Assembly (NCBI GenBank): GCA_019057475.1
Contig: DXJO01000039.1
Location: forward strand, 1 to 64,000
DNA: 64,000 nucleotides
Reading direction: 5' to 3'
Origin: Candidatus Thorarchaeota archaeon
GTDB taxonomy: Archaea > Asgardarchaeota > Thorarchaeia > Thorarchaeales > Thorarchaeaceae
The position numbers and the translations under genes are program-made. Under the pieces are notes generated by a model that saw only the letters and a list, made by a program, of their open reading frames with translations, was not told where the DNA came from and did not search any database. Of this stretch, positions 30,819 through 37,784 are shown piece by piece. Positions within the stretch are counted from its first letter, which is position 1. Each line of letters starts with the position of its first letter.

Positions 30819-31430
30819 TTAGCGCGTTTCCCTTAATGCCACATTCTCTTTCACGTTTGTTTCTACAAGTTCAAGTTTAATCTTGAAGAGAGACTCCAGA
30901 TATCCCCTAATGAACGGAGCAGGATAGAACGGACCTCCAATCACAATGAGGTCATCGTGGGAACTGAATTCACCCCATCCAGAATTTTGCAGCAATTGGA
31001 AAGCTAGCTCACGAGTTGCCGTGTCTCTGACATCCTTTCCGTGGAACAAGCGAATTACATCAGCAACAGGCGCTTGGCTTCCAGCGGTTTCACCCAGTAC
31101 GTACTGTTCCACAGGCGTGAGCTTTGAGAAGAACAGCGAAGACAGCGTTTCTGACTCAAGCACACTCCGAACAGCGTTAACGTAAAGCCCACGCTCAGCC
31201 CACTTGTGTACAGTGAAGTCTAGATACCATCGAACAGCATCTTCGATTAGTTGTGCTCTCGATCGGCCGACTCTGTCCTGAACCAACTTATCCATCAGTT
31301 TGACAATCGAGCTGCTCATTGTAACACTGATGATTTTCTTTTTATCAGATTTCTCAGATCCTTTTGGCACGCCAGGTCGTCTCCCTACTACACTCCCGCA
31401 AGTGGCTGAATTGAACTTGCCAGCCTTCAA
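30819..31430 (-). CDS. ribbon-helix-helix (CopG-like) regulator with a V4R-like C-terminal domain
   Basis: ISVTM....V..MD.LV....SRAQLIEDAVRWYL; GWG and F.RGYLE motifs; true start perhaps GTG at 31370. Confidence 0.7.
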   Translation of the reverse strand: MKAGKFNSATCGSVVGRRPGVPKGSEKSDKKKIISVTMSSSIVKLMDKLVQDRVGRSRAQLIEDAVRWYLDFTVHKWAERGLYVNAVRSVLESETLSSLFFSKLTPVEQYVLGETAGSQAPVADVIRLFHGKDVRDTATRELAFQLLQNSGWGEFSSHDDLIVIGGPFYPAPFIRGYLESLFKIKLELVETNVKENVALRETR

Positions 31431-31583
31431 TATTGAGTATTCGAATATACGGGGTCTGAGTATTATGCATGTAGAGCTACTATTTGAACTCTTGGGATAG
31501 CCTAGCGAAGGTTACTCCGAAGTACGAGTACACAGCCAGAAACTTTAATCATACATTCATCACTGCGCTAACTGGCTAATGCT

Positions 31584-31862
31584 ATGTCTTACAGTGAACT
31601 CTGGTTGGAGATGCGAGGTAGCGACAATTCATTCCGGGTGGTTCTCCTAACTCCAGTTGATTTTGAGATGCCGAACGGTTTTACTGTGGGGGACATTCAG
31701 AATTTCCTGCCCCAGAAGAAGCTATACTATTCAGAGTGGTTTCCCAGCGTAGCTAAGGCCAAGGAATCAATGGATGCTGCTTCACAATTCTACAACGAAC
31801 GTTCGATTCATTTTCTGTACTTCAGAGAGATACGACCGAGCCAAAAGAAATCTGGCGACTAG
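31584..31862 (+). CDS. hypothetical protein
   Basis: 92-aa ORF preceded by a TTTAAT box. Confidence 0.65.
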   Translation: MSYSELWLEMRGSDNSFRVVLLTPVDFEMPNGFTVGDIQNFLPQKKLYYSEWFPSVAKAKESMDAASQFYNERSIHFLYFREIRPSQKKSGD

Positions 31863-31881
31863 TCCACTGACGCATACTATT

Positions 31882-34005
31882 TTATTGTCCAAACTTGTCA
31901 CCCCTTGAGGGAAGTCCGGATTGGCCCTGGTATGCGGACAGGGCACGGTTAGCGTAAGTCATTGCAGCATTGTGATGTCTGTTCACTCTCTCACCACATT
32001 CATCGCATCTCAGAGTGTCCCAGTCACCTGTATTTATTAGCCTGCCTCCACAGTTCACATGAGTACCCACTCTTGGTGCAACACCCTTTGTTTCCACTGG
32101 GACTCCTTTCACGTCAAGTACTTCCAGTGCGTACTCCATTATGATCTCTAGCCTCTTTGGCATGTGAGTTATCGCTTTAGCCAGGGCTCCTCTTGTGCCT
32201 CTTGTGCTCAGTTTCGATATGTTCATCTCATAGCCTATGACCTCTGGTCTGCACTCGTAGACGACCTCTGCCAGCAGTCGCCCACAGGCTCTGTCAAGCT
32301 CAGCCTTCAGTCTTGCAACACGTGCATGAACCATCGCAATCTCCTTCTTCAGTTTGTAGGACATCCGCTTCTTGTTCAGGCGTTCATACTTTGCCCTCTT
32401 TCTTGTGAGTCGTGGTAGAACAACATCCCTCAGTCGGACTATCCTCTTTGATATCTGCTCAACACGACTCATGTCACCAAGTGGAGCTCTCTCTGTTGAC
32501 CCGATCACAAACACATCCTTCGATGGACGATTCGGGTCTACTCCAACAGCCTCTACCGACCTCTTCTTGATCTTGATGCGGTTCAAGAATTTTGTGCTGG
32601 GCTTGAAGTCCGGAATCTCAAGGACGATATCGAATTTCACTTTCTTCGTTGGCCCCTCTGGCGGCAGTACACGTGCTGACCTGACTCTTGCTCCTTGCAA
32701 GATGTGGCTCCTGATTGTCTTGCTCGCTATCACTCTCATTGTGATCTTTCTTCTTCGACTGGGTCTGACTGTGAACTCTGTGTAACCCATGTTCCGAAAG
32801 TCGTCAGTGATCTGGGTCGAGTTGCCACGGGCTATCACATACTTCGGACCCATGTGTAGCTCCAACGGGAGTTCGTTGCGTGTTGTGCTGCTGAAGGGGA
32901 CTGATATGCAGTTGCTGACTGTGAGATGCCTGATGAACCCTCTCTCATCTGTGACTAAGGAGGCTGCAATGATCTCTCTGAGAGCTGACAGGTAGTTATG
33001 TCGTCCTCCAAGTCTACTTCTGACAACTTCAGACAATGACTTGAGGAATCGCCTTGAGGGCAGGATATGCTCAAGAAGGTCTTCGAACTCATCGACTCTG
33101 TCGGTCAGGTCCTTGACCTTTCTCAGGAACACCTCTGCTCTCTGGCTGTCCTTACCATCACGTTTCATCGACTCGATGTTGTTCTCAACACGTCTCAGTA
33201 GGCGTCTAGCTTCTCTCACAAAGTCGTTCTTCCTCACTCTGAATGTCGAATGGGGCGGACTCACATGAGCCAGCCTGTCCATCCCTCTGACAAGAGTGTC
33301 AGTCTTTCCTACGAACACCAACGCATGCATTCTCTGCAACTTGTTCAATACTCTCTCGTCACCATTGAACAGTCGCCTGTGTGCCTCTACCTGTTCATTC
33401 ACACGATCAATCCTGTAGGATAGCTTGTCATCTATCTTGTTGCGGAGACCTCGAATTGTAGCATTCATCCATCTCTCCTCTACGTTGAACATCTTTGCCA
33501 TGGTCAGTGAAAGGTATCTGGGCACCTGTCCGAAGAACGCTATCGAGGGAATACACACTTCAAAATCACCTTGTAGCAGGTCTCTCAACTTCTTGAGCTT
33601 CTCCACTAGGCTCATCTGTACCTCGCATGCATTCCCTAGAGAGTAGAAGTACGAGTGAGCAAGGTTCTCCTCGATCCCTGTGTGCGCTCGCAATTTGGCT
33701 GCTCCGCTAATACCACCACTCGATATCGCTCCTGAGCGAAAGAGCTGGAATGCAATTGGTGCAAGACACTTTGCTTGGGACATTGCGCGACGACAGAATT
33801 TAGAAACAGTGTCAGCAGCCTCGTACTCCAGTGACTTCGGAGTTCCTTCAGGTCGTCGCCAGCTCGTTGTATAGGTGCGGATCTCAGGTTGTTGTTGAGG
33901 TTCTGTTGTCTTGGTGTTGTTGTTTGGGGTCTGGGGTTGTGATGGTGTGCGGTTGGTGGTTGCGGCGGGGGGCAGCTGCGGGTGGGTAGTTCTCACATCG
34001 GTCAT
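31882..34005 (-). CDS. tnpB: large TnpB-like RuvC protein (IS200/IS605/IS607 TnpB-Cas12-Fanzor superfamily), 707 aa
   Basis: N-terminal IRTYTT strand; RuvC-I AVGVDPN; bridge-helix-like basic region; RuvC-II VIGYE; zinc ribbon HVNC...CDECG; RuvC-III-like NRHHNAA. Confidence 0.82.
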   Translation of the reverse strand: MTDVRTTHPQLPPAATTNRTPSQPQTPNNNTKTTEPQQQPEIRTYTTSWRRPEGTPKSLEYEAADTVSKFCRRAMSQAKCLAPIAFQLFRSGAISSGGISGAAKLRAHTGIEENLAHSYFYSLGNACEVQMSLVEKLKKLRDLLQGDFEVCIPSIAFFGQVPRYLSLTMAKMFNVEERWMNATIRGLRNKIDDKLSYRIDRVNEQVEAHRRLFNGDERVLNKLQRMHALVFVGKTDTLVRGMDRLAHVSPPHSTFRVRKNDFVREARRLLRRVENNIESMKRDGKDSQRAEVFLRKVKDLTDRVDEFEDLLEHILPSRRFLKSLSEVVRSRLGGRHNYLSALREIIAASLVTDERGFIRHLTVSNCISVPFSSTTRNELPLELHMGPKYVIARGNSTQITDDFRNMGYTEFTVRPSRRRKITMRVIASKTIRSHILQGARVRSARVLPPEGPTKKVKFDIVLEIPDFKPSTKFLNRIKIKKRSVEAVGVDPNRPSKDVFVIGSTERAPLGDMSRVEQISKRIVRLRDVVLPRLTRKRAKYERLNKKRMSYKLKKEIAMVHARVARLKAELDRACGRLLAEVVYECRPEVIGYEMNISKLSTRGTRGALAKAITHMPKRLEIIMEYALEVLDVKGVPVETKGVAPRVGTHVNCGGRLINTGDWDTLRCDECGERVNRHHNAAMTYANRALSAYQGQSGLPSRGDKFGQ

Positions 34006-34112
34006 TTCGTGTCACCGCCAAGTGTTTCTTGCTGTTGACATCTGTTAGAACTTCTGAATTATATGGACCGAACTAGTAGTGGTGTTTTTCAGAGAGTGTA
34101 TGGCAGACACCA

Positions 34113-34120
34113 TTATATAC
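34113..34120 (+). promoter_or_regulatory. putative archaeal TATA box upstream of the repeat array
   Basis: TTATATAC ~36 bp before the first array unit; also reads as TATA-like on the minus strand. Confidence 0.45.
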
Positions 34121-34155
34121 GCACTAGGGGTAATATCCTCCACTATCAGAGGTTC

Positions 34156-34346
34156 AGGTTGCACGAATTTGACCGCTCGATTGGCGCAGATTGCATTCTA
34201 GTGACCAGTCGTCTGCACAGGTTGCAGCCCTGTGACCGATTGCATATCTCAAGTTGCATCAAAATGACCGTTCGTGTCTGTGAGGTTGCAATAGAATTAC
34301 CGTTTGGGTCTCGAATGTTGACTCCAAATGACCACTCTGTAGGACA
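34156..34346 (+). repeat. array of six 31-32-bp units, consensus AGGTTGCA-N6-TGACCRNTYG-N7/8
   Basis: TTGCA (TTGAC in unit 6) at 34159, 34191, 34222, 34254, 34286, 34318; each followed after exactly 6 variable nt by TGACC (TTACC in unit 5). Confidence 0.9.
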
Positions 34347-34372
34347 ATAAACTCAATAAAACGCATCAAGGA

Positions 34373-34615
34373 ATGGTGAACTCATTGGTCTCAAGGGACT
34401 CTCTTCCTCAGGAGCGACTCACTCGTGAGTCTGTGGCAAAGGTCATCCACAACAGAGGACATATGGTGTTGCTCATGGACTATCTCAAGGCATATCCTGA
34501 CGAGCTACTCAGAGGAGTACTTGTTGCAGGGTCAATCGGTTCCGGTAAGACTGAGAGGGCTAAGAGCATTGTAATGGCAGCTCTTGACTCTATAGTGGTT
34601 GGAGGCATGTCTTGA
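34373..34615 (+). pseudogene. truncated P-loop ATPase fragment (HerA/FtsK/VirB4-like Walker A)
   Basis: GVLVAGSIGSGKT, then ends ~20 aa later with no Walker B. Confidence 0.55.
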
Positions 34616-34794
34616 GTGAGCCAGTTCGAGGGGAACGTGAGTCAATGCAGTTATCCATACGTCTAGTCAGGAGGTTATGTAAGGCAGTGGTAGACTCTGT
34701 GTTGTGGGAGACCCTAATAGAGAGTGACCCCAAGGTCAATCAGTTTGAGGAGGTTCTTAGAAGATGTATCAGGATTGAGGGGGATGCTTGGTGA
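34612..34794 (+). CDS. small hypothetical protein
   Basis: TTG start overlapping the upstream stop (TTGA), GGAGG upstream. Confidence 0.4.
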   Translation: MSEPVRGERESMQLSIRLVRRLCKAVVDSVLWETLIESDPKVNQFEEVLRRCIRIEGDAW

Positions 34795-35338
34795 GCGACT
34801 TTCCCCGTCGTGATCTATGAAGTCGTCCTGCAAAAGATGTGACAAGTGCAATGATATCTTCTGCAAGTGTGTGATCTCTGTCTGCTGAGGGAAATACGCG
34901 CTCGACTCTGACACCAATATGACTGAGAAGTTCTTTCAGAGTATGAGTCCCGAAACGTGCAAGGCGGTCATCATAGGTAATGAGCATTCTGTCAACAGCG
35001 CCAGAAGCACATAGTCGCAGAAGCCTGGGCAGACCTTGATGTCTGTCATTGAGACCAGATGCGATATCAAAATACTTCTTGACAATGAGATAGTCATTCT
35101 CAAGAGCATAGTCTTCCAGAGTGTTCAACTGGTGACGAAGATCATCCTTCTGTTTATGTGCTGAAACTCTTGCATGGAGAGCAACAGTCTTTGGAGTGTT
35201 TGACCTTGTAGAGGTCTCATATCTTCGATGACTCCTAGTGTTCTGAGAGTAGAGATGTATTTGCCTTTCTTTTCCCATCATCTGAGTGTTGATGTTGAGA
35301 CCAAGATTTCTTGCCATGATACCAATTCTTACTAACAT
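34769..35338 (-). pseudogene. tnpA: IS607-family serine transposase TnpA with a damaged N-terminal HTH
   Basis: ARVS..KQK.DL..Q, DIASGLN, DRLARFG, L.EDII.LVTSFAGRL; the HTH segment TLR*WEKKGK...RTLG lies in another frame. Confidence 0.85.
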
Positions 35339-35404
35339 GACAAGATTGCAACAGGGTTTTCCCTTCTGAATGCAACGGTGAAATTGCATCACAGAAGAAG
35401 ATGG

Positions 35405-35436
35405 AAAAAAGGTGAGGGAGGGGTAGTATACCCCTC
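35405..35436 (-). terminator. putative terminator of 35443-36117
   Basis: Hairpin GAGGGGTA-gta-TACCCCTC followed on the minus strand by a T6 run. Confidence 0.55.
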
Positions 35437-35442
35437 AGTTGA

Positions 35443-36117
35443 TTATGGTAGCGGTGGAGGTATCCACGGTGTAACGATGCCTACGAGGTCGGGCATGACC
35501 AAGACAACAATACCGACACCAATGCATGCGAGCCCAATTATGATACTGACAGGAGTCGCTGAGAATATCTTCCCGAGAAGACTCACGAGCGACAATAGGA
35601 AACCACCCAAGCTATAGGCTATGGCGAAAACGATGACGCCTATCACAGCCATCCACTTGAGGGAGATGATCTGTGTAATGGTTGGACCGACGACCGCTTC
35701 GTTTGCATAGGGAGCCAGCACCCCATAGATCGTGAAAGTCACGAATATCGCAACAGCCAATGCAAAGACGAATCCGAGTGGGAACTTTGAGAGTATTCTC
35801 ATTGTCAGAGAAAAGCCCGCCAGAATCAGTACCCCTGCGACAATCACTGCACTGGGCTGAGTGACCCACACGACATAGCCAACGAGTATGTCCAGGGCGC
35901 CTACAAAGAAACCTAGGTACGTACCCAAGACCTTGATTATGTCGAATATGCTGCCCAGTATTGGAATTGGATCAGTGATAGTCTCAAAAAGCCAGGCAGC
36001 CGCGAGAATCCCAGTAATAATCAGCACCCAGCCAACGATCCATTCGTTAGCAAAGTAGCCCATTATTTGACCGAGGTCATAGTCTAGAAACTCTAATTGA
36101 AGCATGAAACACACCAC
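35443..36117 (-). CDS. multi-pass membrane protein
   Basis: 6-7 hydrophobic helices with an internal repeat-like pattern. Confidence 0.75.
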   Translation of the reverse strand: MVCFMLQLEFLDYDLGQIMGYFANEWIVGWVLIITGILAAAWLFETITDPIPILGSIFDIIKVLGTYLGFFVGALDILVGYVVWVTQPSAVIVAGVLILAGFSLTMRILSKFPLGFVFALAVAIFVTFTIYGVLAPYANEAVVGPTITQIISLKWMAVIGVIVFAIAYSLGGFLLSLVSLLGKIFSATPVSIIIGLACIGVGIVVLVMPDLVGIVTPWIPPPLP

Positions 36118-36162
36118 GCAATTCTTAGTTCAGGAGTCTGCACCGATGCTAAAAAAGCTATG

Positions 36163-37692
36163 TTACACAAGCTCCAGATGTAATAAAGAGGCTGATAGTG
36201 AAAAGGACATCCAGAAGATAAGACCACAGATGAGTCCCATCATCTTGCCGCGAGAACCACTTACCATGACAGTGTTCTGATAGCCCATTGATACTGTAGT
36301 AAGTAGCAGAGTAATCATCAACGGCAAGATATCAAAGAAACTCAGGACCATGGGAGTCCATGTAGGACCCTGAGAGAGCAGAGACCCAATGAATAGAAAA
36401 GGCGAAAGAGAGGCCAGCAGACCCAACACAAACGCACTCGTCAGGTTTAGAATGTAGATCTTGAGTCTTTGTGCAGCAATAATCGAGTCGCGTTCCTTTG
36501 CAACAGCAGACCTCTTGACCAGACGGGCTGTGATGCGAGCTAGTCGCTCCCCTGCATCCTTGGCCGAAGCTTCACACATTAGCACAATCACCTCCAACAT
36601 GTTGGCGACTCGCTGACCGAGAGCTTCATTGACTGAAAGGGCAATCGCTTCCTTGATACTATTCCCTTGCCAGTACACAGAATTGATGGCAGGGTCGATC
36701 AAACTTTGAACTTCGGGACCTACTTCATCTCTTGTGGCGGGAAGAGCAACCTCCAATGTGTCACCCAGTCTAAGCCGTTCCGATAGAAGCATGAGAAAGT
36801 TGAGGAACTCGTCGTATTCCGCGATAATCTCCTTTTGTGAGGGCGCGATGATTCCACCCTCCCGCGGTCTGTCGAAGTATGCTGAAAACTGACTGGCAAA
36901 TCGTGACTTCAGTAGCATATTGAGCAATATGAATACAGGCGCAAATAGAATGATGAGAGGATTTGTTGCCATTCCGCCTAATGAGATAGCTAACGTGAGC
37001 ATAATGGGGACGTATGTAACAAGCGCTGCAACGATGAGCAGACGACTCTCCAACTCCATGTTCCTCTGCCTAAGAGTCATGTCGGCCTCGAAGGATTCAC
37101 CAGACAGAGCTTCAAGCAGGTCAGTCTTACGCTCCAACGATGACAATATCGCGATGATATACCTCCGAAGATCACTAGAAGGCTGCCCATTGGCGAACTC
37201 CATGAGGCAGATTTCCGGAGGAACGCCTGTTTCGATTCTAACAACGATTCCTTTGAATGCCTTTGAGAGGAATGGGTGGTTTGATTGAGCCACCATCTCG
37301 ATGGCATCAAAGATTGTTCCACCACTCTGGAAGACCAACACAAATTGCTCAAAAACAATGTCTGCTTCTTCTGAAAGGCTGAGTCTATAGCTATTCATCT
37401 TAGAAACAGGGTAGTTTTCAATGGCATAGTGCATCAGAATCGCAAATACAATGGCTAGAGGGATTGAGAGGAATAGACTAACCTCAAGAAGGAACGCGAT
37501 GAATAGAAGCAGTACAAAGACAGCTGTAGACATGAGGTAGGCAGCCGCCATCACTCCCTGGACGCTAAGCGCCATCAGAGGCGCGAGGAAGTTCACCGCC
37601 TTCTCAAGCTCTCTGCTTTTGGAACGATTTCCTAGGTAAGAGAATAGCGGAGCTCTGGCGCTTACATTGCATACTCTCGAGTAGATTGACAT
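36163..37692 (-). CDS. type II secretion F / TadB-TadC / FlaJ-like platform membrane protein
   Basis: Two GspF-like repeats (SGGTIFDAI...G.PPE..L..FA; LGDTLE.AL...G.S..EAI) plus TM helices. Confidence 0.75.
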   Translation of the reverse strand: MSIYSRVCNVSARAPLFSYLGNRSKSRELEKAVNFLAPLMALSVQGVMAAAYLMSTAVFVLLLFIAFLLEVSLFLSIPLAIVFAILMHYAIENYPVSKMNSYRLSLSEEADIVFEQFVLVFQSGGTIFDAIEMVAQSNHPFLSKAFKGIVVRIETGVPPEICLMEFANGQPSSDLRRYIIAILSSLERKTDLLEALSGESFEADMTLRQRNMELESRLLIVAALVTYVPIMLTLAISLGGMATNPLIILFAPVFILLNMLLKSRFASQFSAYFDRPREGGIIAPSQKEIIAEYDEFLNFLMLLSERLRLGDTLEVALPATRDEVGPEVQSLIDPAINSVYWQGNSIKEAIALSVNEALGQRVANMLEVIVLMCEASAKDAGERLARITARLVKRSAVAKERDSIIAAQRLKIYILNLTSAFVLGLLASLSPFLFIGSLLSQGPTWTPMVLSFFDILPLMITLLLTTVSMGYQNTVMVSGSRGKMMGLICGLIFWMSFSLSASLLHLELV

Positions 37693-37784
37693 TGAAGTCC
37701 TCTGATAGTTGGATTCCTAGCAGCTCTCTTAAATTGCCCGCTAAAATGTACGAATTGTCTGGCTTGTTTCAGAGCATAACGCAT

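Noticed and set aside
34156-34346. Calling the array a canonical CRISPR
   Set aside because: Conserved blocks are only 8-10 nt and are split by a variable 6-mer; variable segments are at most 14 nt; no cas1/cas2. Reported as a novel repeat instead.
34156-34346. Calling the array a bona fide TIGR array
   Set aside because: The unit is 32 nt rather than ~36, the variable segments are unequal, box C/D motifs are not clear, and no Nop-domain Tas gene is recognisable.
34063-34350. 95-aa ORF spanning the array
   Set aside because: The 31-32-bp period is not a multiple of 3 and the peptide is not repetitive, so the array is not a coding repeat.
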